From positions 80,542 to 144,541 of the forward strand of contig CAWGIZ010000009.1 of the NCBI GenBank assembly GCA_963822835.1: 64,000 nucleotides of DNA, given 5' to 3'. The number at the start of each line of letters is the position of its first letter. The stretch's first letter is position 1. Below the pieces are notes generated by a model, which saw only the letters and a program-made list of their open reading frames with translations, made no database searches and was not told where the DNA came from. The DNA is from an uncultured Alphaproteobacteria bacterium (lineage in GTDB: Bacteria > Pseudomonadota > Alphaproteobacteria > CAVTAV01). Positions 1 through 12,874 of this stretch are shown in pieces. The position numbers and the translations under genes were made by a program.

Positions 1-135
1 GCATCTTCATTCGCGTTCACTCGAACTCTCCCGTTCGGACGGCAAGCGCCTCGCGCTCACCGCGCCGCTTTCCGGCCATATGCGCGAGACCTGGGCGCTG
101 TTCGGGTTCGAGGAATCCTCCGCCAGGGGGATCGA

Positions 136-790
136 ATGGCCGTGAGTAAACGCATCCGGCTCGTCATGTTCGATTGCGACGGGACGCTCGTCGACAGCCA
201 GGACATGATCCATCATTCGGTCACCGAGGCTTTCACGCGCCACGGCCGCCCCGCGCCGGACAAGGAAGCCGTCCGCCGCATCGTCGGCCTGCCGCTGGTC
301 GGTGCGATGGCGCGGCTCTGGCCCGAGGCGAGCCCGGAGGATTGCGAGATCTATCGGCGGCTATTACCGGGAGGCGTTTCAGACCCTGCGGGCCGACGGC
401 AAGGTGCACGAACCCCTGTTTCCGGGCGTCCGCGAGACGCTGGAGGCGCTCGAATCCGAGGGCTATATGCTCGGCATCGCCACCGGCAAATCCCGCCGGG
501 GGCTGGTCGCGACGCTGGATCATCACGATCTCCATGATCGTTTTCGTCGTGTTGCAGACCTCCGATGATGCGCCCGGCAAGCCTCATCCCGGCATGTTGA
601 AGAACGCCATGCCGGAAATGGACGCCGCGCCGGACGAGACCGTCTTCGTCGGCGATACGACATTTGATATGGAAATGGCCCGGAACGCCGGGGTCGAAGG
701 CGTCGGGCGTATGCTGGGGCTATCACCCGCGCGAGGACCTGGAGGCGCTCGGCGTGCGCTCGGTGCTGGACCGCTTCGAGCGATCTGATC
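136..790 (+). CDS. HAD-superfamily hydrolase (phosphoglycolate phosphatase-like); reading frame broken at least 3 times
   Basis: N-terminal motif MFDCDGTLVDS, internal GIATGKSR and C-terminal VFVGDTTFDM are HAD motifs I, II and III. They lie in three different overlapping frames (ORFs 136-537, 302-568, 174-788). Confidence 0.6.
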
Positions 791-820
791 GGCACGATCA
801 AAAGGTTGGAACGAGGGGGC

Positions 821-1518
821 ATGAAGCGCTTCTACAAGACCGTCAGCGTGGCGCCGGCCGGCGAGGGCTTCGAGATCCATCTCGACGGCAAGCCGATGCG
901 GACGCCGAACAGGACGGTGCTGCGGGTGCCGGGCAAGGCTCTGGCCGACGCGGTTGCCGCCGAATGGGACGCGACAGAAGGAATTCATCGAGATGGCGGG
1001 CATGCCCCTGACCCGTCTCGTCTATGCCGCGATCGATCATGTCGGCCGCTATCGCGCCGATGTCATCGAGCAGGTCTCGAAATATGCCGAGACCGATCTC
1101 GTGTCCTATCGGGCCGAGGAGCCGGTGAAGCTGCAGGAACTGCAGAACAACGCCTGGCAGCCGCTCGTGGACTGGATGGAGAAGCGCTTCGGCGTGAAGC
1201 TCGCCGTCACGGAAGGCGTCATCCCGGTCGAACAGGATCCGGCGCATATGGCGGTGATCCGGGAGGTCATTGAAGGCATCGACGATTTCCGGCTGGCGGC
1301 GGTGCAGGCGATAACCACGGCGAGCGGATCCTGCGCCATCGGGCTTGCGCTCTGGGACGATGCGATTGAGCCGGAAATGGCGTGGCAGCGTCGCGCAGAT
1401 CGACGAAGATTACCAGATCGGCATGTGGGGAGACGATCTCAATGCCGTCGCCATGCGCGAGGCCCGCAGGCAGACCCTGATGGCGGGCGCCGAGATCCTT
1501 CGCGTGCTCAATAAATAA
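821..1518 (+). CDS. ATP12-family chaperone (F1-ATPase assembly factor); frameshifted
   Basis: MKRFYKTVSV...HLDGKPMRTPNRTVLRVPGKALADAVAAEWDA is a typical ATP12 N-terminus. The C-terminus ...DEDYQIGMWGDDLNAVAMREARRQTLMAGAEILRVLNK is recovered in a shifted frame that ends at TAA 1516-1518. Confidence 0.6.
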
Positions 1519-1626
1519 ACTTTCATGACATTCTCTGCTGGATTGCGCGTTTCGAGCATTGCTAAGCTATGAAACGGCCTGTCCGGTTCCGGCGGGCAGG
1601 ACACGTCCTTTCCCCCCGAGGCGGTC

Positions 1627-3160
1627 ATGCAGGAAATCCTTCGACAACTTGAAAAGAAACGCGAAGACGCGCGCGCCGGCGGCGGCGCCCAGCGCATCGA
1701 GGCCCAGCACAAGCGCGGCAAGCTGACCGCCCGCGAGCGCGTAGACCTCCTGCTGGATGACGGCAGCTTCGAGGAGTTCGACATGTTCGTCGAGCACCGC
1801 TGTACCGATTTCGGCATGGAAAACAACAAGATACCCGGCGACGGCGTGGTCACGGGCCACGGCACGATCAACGGCCGCACGGTCTTTGTCTTCAGCCAGG
1901 ATTTCACCGTTTTCGGCGGCGCGCTCTCCGAAACCCACGCCCAGAAGATCTGCAAGGTCATGGACATGGCCGTGAAGGTCGGCGCGCCCGTCATCGGGCT
2001 GAACGATTCCGGCGGCGCGCGCATCCAGGAAGGCGTCGCCTCGCTCGCCGGTTATGCCGAGGTGTTCGAGCGCAACATCCTGGCCTCCGGCGTGGTGCCG
2101 CAGATCTCCGTCATCATGGGGCCCTGCGCGGGCGGCGCGGTCTATTCGCCGGCGATGACCGACTTCATCTTCATGGTGAAGGACTCCTCCTACATGTTCG
2201 TGACCGGCCCGGAGGTGGTCAAAACCGTCACGCGCGAGGAGATCAGCCAGGAAGAGCTCGGCGGCGCGGTCACCCATACCACGAAGTCCGGCGTCGCCGA
2301 TCTCGCCTTCGACAACGATGTCGATCGCGCTCCATCAGGTGCGCCGCTTCTTCGATTTCCTGCCCTTGTCCAACCGCGAGAAGCCGCCGATGCGGCCGGT
2401 CTATGACGATCCGGAACGGCTCGAGATGTCGCTCGACACGCTGGTTCCGGCGAATCCCAACACGCCCTACGACATGCACGAGCTGATCGAGAAGGTCGTG
2501 GACGAGGGCGACTTCTTCGAGCTGCAGCCGTTCTATGCGGGGAACATCATCATCGGCTTCGGCCGGATCGAAGGACAGACTGTCGGCATCGTCGCCAACC
2601 AGCCGATGGTGCTGGCCGGCTGCCTCGATATCGATTCATCGCGCAAGGCGGCGCGCTTCGTCCGGTTCTGCGACTGCTTCAACATCCCGATCCTGACCTT
2701 CGTGGACGTGCCCGGCTTCCTGCCCGGCACCAAGCAGGAATACGGCGGCATCATCACGCATGGCAGCAAGCTGCTGTTCGCCTTCGGCGAGGCGACCGTG
2801 CCGAAGGTGACCGTGATCATCCGCAAGGCCTATGGCGGGGCCTATGACGTCATGAGCTCGAAGCATCTGCGCGGCGACGTGAACTATGCCTGGCCGACCG
2901 CCGAGATCGCGGTCATGGGCGCCAAGGGCGCGGTGGAGATCATCTTCCGGTCCGAGCTCGGCGATCCCGAGAAGATCGCGGCCAAGACCAAGGAATATGA
3001 AGAGAAGTTCGCCAACCCCTTCATCGCCGGCCGCCGCGGCTTCATCGACGACGTGATCATGCCGCATTCGACGCGCCGCCGCGTCGTCAAGGCGCTGCGG
3101 CTGTTGAAGAACAAGGAACTCGAGAATCCCTGGAAAAAGCACGACAACATTCCGCTCTAG
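1627..3160 (+). CDS. pccB: Propionyl-CoA carboxylase beta subunit (carboxyltransferase); one frameshift near 2320-2400
   Basis: 259-aa and 280-aa ORFs in adjacent frames together give a full-length acyl-CoA carboxyltransferase ([81 protein letters not shown]). Confidence 0.8.
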
Positions 3161-3183
3161 ATAACAGAACGGACGACCGCCCC

Positions 3184-5171
<1,988 letters not shown>

Positions 5172-5181
5172 GAGGTCCGCT

Positions 5182-5502
5182 TTGTTGCCCGAAGGTCATA
5201 AGGCCGTTCGCGTCACGATTTCCGGGCGCGTGCAGGGCGTGTGGTTCCGCGGCTGGACGGTCGAGCAGGCGCGGTCGCGCGCGCTCGACGGATGGGTGCG
5301 GAACCGGGCGGACGGAACCGTGGAGGCGATTTTCGTGGGGCCGCTGGAGGCCGTCGACGAGATGGTCGTGGCCTGCCATGATGGCCCGCCCGCGGCCGAT
5401 GTCGTCGAGGTGGCGGTCGACGCCGGCCATGGGGCTCGTCGTCAGCGGGTTTCATCAGAAGCCGACGATCTGAGCCGTCGGTTGGGGCAAGAGGGAACGT
5501 GA
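5182..5502 (+). CDS. Acylphosphatase
   Basis: VRVTISGRVQGVWFRGWTVEQA...GWVRNRADGTVEA matches the acylphosphatase fold signature. The C-terminus may be affected by an indel. Confidence 0.55.
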   Translation: MLPEGHKAVRVTISGRVQGVWFRGWTVEQARSRALDGWVRNRADGTVEAIFVGPLEAVDEMVVACHDGPPAADVVEVAVDAGHGARRQRVSSEADDLSRRLGQEGT

Positions 5503-5520
5503 GTCAGGGGGACGAAGGGC

Positions 5521-7170
5521 ATGAGTGACAAATCCGGAACCGGCGCGAGCGGCGGCAAGCTGCAGCGGGACGCCAGCATCATCGGACTGCTGTTCGCCAG
5601 CACGACCAGCATGATCGGTTCGGGCTGGCTGTTCGGCGCGTATCCACGCATCGAAGATCGCCGGGCCGCTTGCGCATCTGGAGCTGGGTGGTGGGCGCGC
5701 TGATCATCATGCTGATCGCGCTGTGCTTCGCCGAGCTTGCGGCGCTGTTCCCGCGCAGCGGCGCGCTGGTGCATATGAGCCATGCGAGCCACGGCGAGGG
5801 ATTGGGGCGCATCTGGGGCTGGATGCTGTTCCTGGCCTATGTCGCGGTGCCGCCGGTCGAGGCCGAGGCCATCGTCACCTACGCCAATAATTATCTGCCC
5901 TATTTCCTCCAGCCCGGCACCGAAAATCTGCTGACGACGACGGGTTTCATCACCTGCGCCCTGCTGCTCGGCGTCCTCGCGCTGTTGAACATGCTGGCGG
6001 TGCGCAAACTGCTGGCGGTCAACTCCACGATCACCTGGTGGAAGCTCGGCGTGCCGCTGCTCGCGGTCATCGTCCTGATCGTGGCCAGCACGCATTGGGA
6101 TGTCTGGTCGGCCGATCCGGGCAGCTACAAGGTCTCGGGCGTTTTCACGGCGCTGCCGGCCGCCGGCATCGTGTTCAGCTTTCTCGGCTTCCGCACCGCG
6201 ATCGATCTCGGCGGCGAGAGCTCCAATCCCGGCCGCCACATCCCGATGGCGGTGATCGGCTCGGTGCTGATCTCGGCCGCGATCTACATCCTGCTTCAGG
6301 TCGCCTTCCTCATGGCGCTGCGCCCCGACGGACCTGGCGAACGGATGGGCCAACCTCACCTTCACGGGCGAGGCGGGACCCTTCGCCGGACTGGCGGCGA
6401 CGCTCGGCCTCGGCTGGCTGGCGACCCTTCTCTATATCGACGCCTATGTTTCGCCCGGCGGCACCGGGCTGATGTTCCTGACCGGCGGCGCGCGCATTCT
6501 CTATGCCGTCGGCGAGATGCGTTCGGGCCCGCGCTGGCTGACCGCTTTGAACGCAGCGCGGGCGCCCTGGGCGTCCGTGCTCGTGATGTGGGCGGCGGGC
6601 GTCTCTGTTCCTGCTGCCGTTTCCCGCCTGGCAGCTGATGGTGAATTACATCACCTCGATCACCGTGCTCACCTACGGCCTTGGGCCGGTGGTTCTTCTG
6701 GTGTTGCGCAAGAACCAGCCAGAACTCTTCCGTGCGTTCCATCTGAAGGGCGCGAATATTCTGGCGCCCGTCGCCTTCATCAGCAGCAACCTGGTCATCT
6801 ATTGGACCGGTTACGAGACCAATTCCTTCCTGTTCCTGCTGGTCGCGATCGGCTTCGTGCTCTATGCGCTGTATCTACCATTTCGTCGCGCGTAATCCGG
6901 CGGCGGATTTCGGCTGGAGGAATATCGGCTGGCTCGCGGCCTGGTTCGGCGGCATGTGGGTGCTGTCCGCCCTGAGCGATGTCGGCGGCGGTTACGCCGT
7001 GCTCGGCTTCTGGCCGGGCGTCGTCGTCACGGCGCATCTGGAGCCTCGTCGTTCTCGCGCTCGCCCTGCGGTCGGCCCTGCCCGCCGGCGATACCGCCGC
7101 GATGATGGTGCGGATGGAAACGGAAGCGGAAAGCGGCGAAATGCCCGTCGAGGAGAAATCGGCGCTATAG
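5521..7170 (+). CDS. APC-family amino-acid permease; frameshifted in at least 3 places
   Basis: 12-TM-like hydrophobic profile. N-terminus [20 protein letters not shown] and body in ORFs 5521-5703, 5670-6638, 6638-6895, 6864-..., 6979-7170. Confidence 0.6.
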
Positions 7171-7178
7171 AACCGCCG

Positions 7179-7827
7179 TCAGCGGACGGCGAAAATCGGG
7201 TCGAAGTTGCGCTTCAGCGCGTCGTCCACCTCGTCCATCGTGGCGGCGACGCCGAGATCGGCCAGGCTCGTGACGCCGTGCTCGCGGACGCCGCAGGGCA
7301 CGATTCCGGAAAAATGGTCGAGGTTCGGGTTCACGTTCAGCGCGACGCCGTGATAGGTGACGCCTCGGCGCACGCGAACGCCCAGTGCGCCGATCTTGTC
7401 TTCCCGGCCACCGCCACGCGCGACCCACACGCCGACGCGTCCGTCCCGGCGTTCGGCGGTGATGCCGAAATCCGCGACCGTATCGATCAGCCATTGTTCG
7501 AGATCGCGTACATAGCGCCTGATATCGCCGTCGCGCCGCTTGAGATCCATCATCACATAGGCCACCCGCTGGCCCGGCCCGTGATAGGTGTACTGGCCGC
7601 CGCGGCCGGTCTCGAAGACCGGAAACCGGTTGGCTGGTCAGGAGATCCTCGGGCTTCGCGCTGGTGCCCCCGGTGTAGAGGGGAGGGTGCTCGACCAGCC
7701 AGACCATCTCAGGGGCCGTGCCGGCGCGGATACCGGCCACGCGGGCCTCCATCGTCCGAACCGCCGAGGGGTAGTCGACCTGCCCGTCCGCCCGGACCCA
7801 TTCCAGCGTATCGAGAGCTAAATCCAT
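7179..7827 (-). CDS. lipB: Lipoyl(octanoyl) transferase; one frameshift near 7565-7590
   Basis: [21 protein letters not shown] in the 7165-7827 frame and [50 protein letters not shown] in the 7179-7565 frame are LipB hallmarks. Confidence 0.75.
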
Positions 7828-7905
7828 GCCGCATGACTATCATTACTTAACGCAAAAGTAACGTCGTCATGGGACAAGGATGACGCTTAGAAGTGAGAGG
7901 TTCAG

Positions 7906-8154
7906 TTGAGTGCCATTGAAGAAGTTTCTGTCGAGATAAGTGTCGTTCTCGGCAGAACCAGAATGCCAATTCGTCAGCTCCTGAAAATGGGCCGCGGCGC
8001 CGTGATCGATCTGGAGACCACGGCGGAGGACGACGTCTGGATTCTCGCCAATAACCGGCCGATCGCTCGCGCCGAGATCCTCATGGTCGGCGACAAGATC
8101 GCCGTGTCCATTACCGAACGCGTCGGTTCGGACGGAACAGCCTTTAGAGAATAG
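7906..8154 (+). CDS. FliN-like SpoA-domain protein (orphan, 82 aa, TTG start)
   Basis: EISVVLGRTRMPIRQLLKMGRGAVIDL...ILANNRPIARAEILMVGDKIAVSITE matches the FliN/FliY C-terminal (SpoA) consensus. No other flagellar genes are nearby. Confidence 0.55.
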   Translation: MSAIEEVSVEISVVLGRTRMPIRQLLKMGRGAVIDLETTAEDDVWILANNRPIARAEILMVGDKIAVSITERVGSDGTAFRE

Positions 8155-8356
8155 GGTTTTCAGGGCATAATCCGCCCTGGCGCCACGGTGGCTAACGAGG
8201 CCGGAGTGCCTTGAAATCCATAGCGGCGAGTCATTTTCACATATATTTTATGTTAAAAATGACAATTCACAATGATTCATTGCCATTTCATGCTATACAC
8301 ACCATATGGGCGGGTAATCGGCCGATGACGATCGCTTTGAGTCGGCCCCAAGGAAT

Positions 8357-8926
8357 GTGTTGGCCATGCTTCCGATCACGTTGGAAATAACAGGAGCGCG
8401 CGTCGTGCTCGCCGGCAACGGGCCGGCGGCGTTGCGGCGACTGCGGTATCTGGAAAGCGGTGGCGCGGCCGATCTGGCGATCTATTCGTTCAACCCCGAT
8501 CCGGAACTGAGGCAAGCGGCGGGCAGCCGCCTGCGCGAGCGTTTGCCGGGCGATGCGGACATCAGCGGCTCGAGGCTGGTCTTCGTGGCCGGATTGGACG
8601 AAGCCGCCTCGGAAACGATCGCCATCGCGGCCCGGCGGCATGGCGTGCCGGTGAATGTCGAGGATGTGATCGCGCTGTGCGATTTCCATGTCCCGGCTGT
8701 CGTGCGGCGGGGCGATCTGATCCTGAGCGTGGCGACGGGCGGCAAGAGCCCCGGTCTCGCCCGCATGATGCGGGCCTATCTCGAACAGCGGATCGGGCCC
8801 GAATGGGAGGAACGGCTCGATCTTCTGGCGCGTGAGCGCGCGAGATGGTACGCGGACGGGCTCGGCGGCCCGGAAGTCTCCAAACGAACCCAAGATCTGA
8901 TAGAAAGAAACGGCTGGTTGTCATGA
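8357..8926 (+). CDS. Siroheme synthase N-terminal domain protein (precorrin-2 dehydrogenase / sirohydrochlorin ferrochelatase, CysG-N/Met8-like)
   Basis: ITGARVVLAGNGPAALRRLRYL Rossmann start; 189 aa; stop overlaps the cysH start (ATGA at 8923-8926). Confidence 0.65.
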   Translation: MLAMLPITLEITGARVVLAGNGPAALRRLRYLESGGAADLAIYSFNPDPELRQAAGSRLRERLPGDADISGSRLVFVAGLDEAASETIAIAARRHGVPVNVEDVIALCDFHVPAVVRRGDLILSVATGGKSPGLARMMRAYLEQRIGPEWEERLDLLARERARWYADGLGGPEVSKRTQDLIERNGWLS

Positions 8927-9684
8927 GTGCGGTCCCTGACAGACAAGAATCGAAGCTGGATCCCGTCGGCGGCGGCGTCGATGCGCGGGCGGCCCTCGAC
9001 ATCCGCGTGGCGGCCTTGCGGGAACGGTTCGGCGAGCTGGACGGCGAGGAACTGCTGCGGGCGGCGATCGAATCCGAATTCATCGATCGCATCGCACTCG
9101 TTTCGTCCTTCGGGGCGGAATCGGCCGTGCTGTTGCACATGGTTTCGCGCATCAAACCCGATTTGCCGATCATCTTTCTCGATACCCGGAAGCTGTTCGG
9201 CGAGACGCTGCGCTATCGCGACGAACTCACCGCGAAGCTTGGGCTCACGGGGATACGCAACATCCGGCCCGACGACGAGGACGTGAAGAAAGAGGATGGC
9301 AACGGCCTGCTCTGGGCGCGCGAACCGGACGCCTGCTGCGCGCTCCGCAAGACCCGCCCGTTGACCAAGGCGCTCGCCGGCTTCGATGCCTGGATCACGG
9401 GCCGGAAGCACTTCCATTCCGCGACGCGGTCGGCCCTGCCGACGGTCGAGCATGATGGCCGTCACGTGAAGCTGAACCCGCTCGTAACCTGGAACGGCGA
9501 GAAGATCCGCGCCTATATGAAGGAACACGATCTGCCGCTTCATCCGCTGGTGGCGGACGGCTTCCTCTCGATCGGCTGCATGCCCTGCACGCGGCGCGTC
9601 GAGGCCGGCGAGGACGTCCGGGCGGGCCGCTGGTCCGGCATCGCCAAGACGGAATGCGGCATTCATCTCGGCGAGAATATCTGA
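8923..9684 (+). CDS. cysH: Phosphoadenosine phosphosulfate (PAPS/APS) reductase
   Basis: SSFGAESAVLLHMVSRIKPDLPIIFLDTRKLFGET, ...CCALRKTRPL, SIGCMPCTRRV..KTECGIH (Fe-S Cys pairs). Confidence 0.8.
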   Translation: MSAVPDRQESKLDPVGGGVDARAALDIRVAALRERFGELDGEELLRAAIESEFIDRIALVSSFGAESAVLLHMVSRIKPDLPIIFLDTRKLFGETLRYRDELTAKLGLTGIRNIRPDDEDVKKEDGNGLLWAREPDACCALRKTRPLTKALAGFDAWITGRKHFHSATRSALPTVEHDGRHVKLNPLVTWNGEKIRAYMKEHDLPLHPLVADGFLSIGCMPCTRRVEAGEDVRAGRWSGIAKTECGIHLGENI

Positions 9685-10466
9685 TGGCGGAGGCGGTCCC
9701 GGCAGCGGGTTCGTCTTTTCGCGATCACTTCTCTGGCCATGCCGGTCTCTACCGGGATTTCCGTCCGCGCTATCCCGCCGAACTTTACGAGGCGATAGCC
9801 GACCGCTCGCCGGCGACTCATGCCGTATGGGACTGCGCTTGCGGCAACGGTCAGGCGTCGCTCGGGCTGGCGGAAAAATTCGATTTGGTCCTTGCGACGG
9901 ATGCCAGCAGCACGCAGGTCTCGGAAGCGGCGCCGCATCCGAAGGTCCGGTATACCGTCGCGCCGGCCGAGGCTTCCGGTCTGCCGGATCATTCGGTGGA
10001 TGCGGTGCTGGTCGCCCAGGCCATCCATTGGTTCGATATCGAGCGGTTCTACGACGAGGTAGAGCGGGTCGTCCGGCCCGGCGGGTTGTTCGTCACCGTG
10101 GGCTATGAGAACGCGACGATCACGCCCGAGGTCGATGCGATCGTTCTCCATCTGACGCGGAATACTCTCGGCCCGTATTGGCCGCCCGAATCCAAACTGC
10201 TCCATACGCGCTACCGGGATCTGCCGCGCCGTTTCGCGGATGTGGACATGCCGGATCTCGCCATCACCACCGACTGGGCCCTCGATCAGCTCATGGGCTA
10301 TCTCTCCACGTGGTCGGCCCTGCAGCGCTACCGCGCGGCCGAAGGAAAGGATCCCCTCGCGGAGATTCGTTCCAAGCTTGCCGAGGCCTGGGGCGATCCG
10401 GCGCTGCAAAGGCGCGTGACCTGGCAGCTCATTGTCGTCGCCGGAAGGGTCGGTTCCAGCCGATAG
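9684..10466 (+). CDS. Class I SAM-dependent methyltransferase
   Basis: VWDCACGNGQASLGLAEKFDLVLATDAS glycine-rich SAM motif. Start ATG 9684 overlaps the cysH stop TGA 9682-9684 (translational coupling). Confidence 0.7.
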   Translation: MAEAVPAAGSSFRDHFSGHAGLYRDFRPRYPAELYEAIADRSPATHAVWDCACGNGQASLGLAEKFDLVLATDASSTQVSEAAPHPKVRYTVAPAEASGLPDHSVDAVLVAQAIHWFDIERFYDEVERVVRPGGLFVTVGYENATITPEVDAIVLHLTRNTLGPYWPPESKLLHTRYRDLPRRFADVDMPDLAITTDWALDQLMGYLSTWSALQRYRAAEGKDPLAEIRSKLAEAWGDPALQRRVTWQLIVVAGRVGSSR

Positions 10467-10575
10467 GCGCATTTTTTCGCGCCATTCGGCCTCATTGTTT
10501 GGTGCTGCCCGGCGAAGCGCCTATTATGCCCCGTCCGGCCGATTGGTATCGCCTATCCCGAAATGGGCCCTCTGC

Positions 10576-12684
10576 ATGCGTCTGAAGTGTGAGCGAGATG
10601 CGAAGCTTGGGGCGTTTTTCCGTAAGGAAAGACAGGAACTCGCCCTCAGATTTGCGGAAATCGCGACGACGATCCCGCGCTGGCGTACCGCCTATCACGA
10701 GGCGCTCGGTTCGGACCGGCTCGGCGATTACGCGGAAGCGGAATTCGAGGTCTATGCCCGGTATCTCGAGGCGGCCTTTCGCACCGGAGACGGCATCTGG
10801 CTCGAACTCTATGTCGGCGAGAAGATAAAGCAGAGCCACGCCCTCGACGGCGATTTCGCGGCGGCCAGACGCCAGATCGAAACGGTCCTGCACGACGAAC
10901 TGGACTATCTGGTCAAGCAGGCGGCGAGCTGCGGACAAAAGTCCGTCGGTCATCTGACGGATGCTTTGGCGGCGGTCCGCTCCGTGATCGTGGGCGAGGC
11001 CAAACGACGGTTCAAGGTACTCTGGATCGCGGACTGCCTCTATCTCGACATTCAGAGCTTTCTGTCCGCGGGGCTTGCCGAAGCGGCCCTTGCCATCGAA
11101 CCGGATCTCGTCACCACGAAGGATCCCGTCGGGCGCTATGAGCAAATCGCCGCCCTTTTGGCCGCCAATACTTACGACGCGGTCTTTTTCTGTCCCTTCG
11201 GTTACGAGAACGACGGGGCCTATTCCCGGCTGTTCCGCGGCAAGGCGGCGCTGATGACCCCGGGAGCTGCGCGAAAGCTCGCGGACGGCTCGATGGAGGC
11301 CGTCGAGCCCACCCTCCGCCTGCTGAGCGAGAGGACCGACTGTCCGGTCTTCGTTCACAACGCTTCGGGCGTCCTGCGTCACGCTGGCGGATTGAAGGAG
11401 CGTTTGAAGGAAGCGTTGAGCCGGCCGCAGCGCGCCGCATTCTGCCGGACCGCCAACGCCCGGCTAAACGCTCTCCTCGACGAATTGAACGGCGCGAAGG
11501 CGGCCGGACAGGCGGTCCTTGTCGACGAGTTCGCCTTGGCGCAAAAGGAAGGTCCCGCCCGCGCCGGCCGCTATTTCCATCGCCTCGGTCAGCAGCATCC
11601 GGCCCGGCTCGGCTTGCTTCTGGCTCCGGTATATCTCGATATTCTCGTTACAATTCAAAGTCTTCTCAAAAAGAAGGTCGTCGTTTGCGATCTCGACAAT
11701 ACGCTCTGGGACGGCGTGATCGGCGAGGGAGCGGTAAGCCATTTCGCCGACCGGCAGGCAATCCTGAAATCTCTCAAGCGGCGAGGCGTCGTTCTGGCGA
11801 TCAATTCGAAGAACGATCCGAAAAACGTGACCTGGGACGGCGCGGTTCTACAGGAAGACGATTTCGCCGCCACGCGCATCAACTGGAACACCAAGGCCGA
11901 AAACATGGGCGAGCTCATCGCCGAATTAAATCTCGGAGGTGACAGCATCGTGTTCGTCGATGACCGGGCCGACGAACGGGCGATGGTCAAGTCCGTTTTT
12001 CCGGATGTCCTCGCGCTGGACGCCGACGATCCGGTGACATGGCGGCGTTTCGCCCTTTGGTCGCACATGCTCAGCAGCGCCGTCAGCATGGATCGTACCC
12101 GGACCTATCGCGAGCGGCGGAAACGCAACTCCTTCGTCACGTCCAATGCCCAGCTTTCCAAGATGAGCCTGTTCGGCCAGCTCGATTTGAGGTGCACCGT
12201 CTCGGCGTCGAATCCCAAGGATCTGCCCCGGATCGCGGAATTGCTCAACCGGACCAATCAGTTCAACACCACGGGCCGCAGGGTCACTCTCAAGGAGGTC
12301 CAATCCTGGCACGAAAGCCGGGGGTGGTCGGTCTATTCCGCGCGGGCGAGGGACCGTTTCGGGGATATGGGGCTCGTCAGTGTGCTCGCGGCCCGGCACG
12401 ACGCGGAGCGCATCGAGATCGAAGCCTTCGTCCTGTCGTGCCGCGTGTTCGGCTATGGGATCGAAACGGCCGTGCTGAAAGCGCTGATCGAGCGGAATCC
12501 GGGAAAAATCGTCAGCGGCCGGATCGTGCCAACTCCTGTAAATCAGCCCTGCCAGGCCGTTTATCGGGACCATGGATTCCGCGAAATAGACGGATTTTGG
12601 GTGTTCGATCACAATTCCGCAGCCCTTTCGAACAAGGAATGGCTCGCCGTGGAGAGCGATTTTGGTGACATGGCGGCGGAGTAA
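10576..12684 (+). CDS. FkbH-like / HAD-IIIC family multidomain protein (unknown N-domain + HAD-IIIC phosphatase-like + C-terminal GNAT-like)
   Basis: KKVVVCDLDNTLWDG (HAD motif I) ... VLAINSKNDP ... IVFVDDRADE, then a C-terminal acyltransferase-like segment FNTTGRRVTLKEVQSWHE...VLSCRVFGYGIE. Intact ORF of about 700 aa. Confidence 0.6.
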   Translation: MRLKCERDAKLGAFFRKERQELALRFAEIATTIPRWRTAYHEALGSDRLGDYAEAEFEVYARYLEAAFRTGDGIWLELYVGEKIKQSHALDGDFAAARRQIETVLHDELDYLVKQAASCGQKSVGHLTDALAAVRSVIVGEAKRRFKVLWIADCLYLDIQSFLSAGLAEAALAIEPDLVTTKDPVGRYEQIAALLAANTYDAVFFCPFGYENDGAYSRLFRGKAALMTPGAARKLADGSMEAVEPTLRLLSERTDCPVFVHNASGVLRHAGGLKERLKEALSRPQRAAFCRTANARLNALLDELNGAKAAGQAVLVDEFALAQKEGPARAGRYFHRLGQQHPARLGLLLAPVYLDILVTIQSLLKKKVVVCDLDNTLWDGVIGEGAVSHFADRQAILKSLKRRGVVLAINSKNDPKNVTWDGAVLQEDDFAATRINWNTKAENMGELIAELNLGGDSIVFVDDRADERAMVKSVFPDVLALDADDPVTWRRFALWSHMLSSAVSMDRTRTYRERRKRNSFVTSNAQLSKMSLFGQLDLRCTVSASNPKDLPRIAELLNRTNQFNTTGRRVTLKEVQSWHESRGWSVYSARARDRFGDMGLVSVLAARHDAERIEIEAFVLSCRVFGYGIETAVLKALIERNPGKIVSGRIVPTPVNQPCQAVYRDHGFREIDGFWVFDHNSAALSNKEWLAVESDFGDMAAE

Positions 12685-12789
12685 TCCGCACATCGATGCC
12701 TCGGCTCTCTACCGGGCGGTCTTACAGCCCCTTGCGGAACCAGGGTGCATTTGCTAAGTCACGGCCCGGAAAAATTTTCTCCGGGACAT

Positions 12790-12874
12790 GCGGTCGTGGC
12801 GGAAATGGTAGACGCGCAGCGTTGAGGTCGCTGTGGGGCAACCCGTGGAAGTTCGAGTCTTCTCGACCGCACCA
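12790..12874 (+). tRNA. tRNA-Leu (anticodon GAG), type II with long variable arm, CCA encoded
   Basis: GCGGTCGTGGCGGAAATGGTAGACGCGCAGCGTTGAGGTCGCTG...GTTCGAGTCTTCTCGACCGCACCA; acceptor GCGGTCG/CGACCGC, anticodon loop UUGAGGU. Confidence 0.85.
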
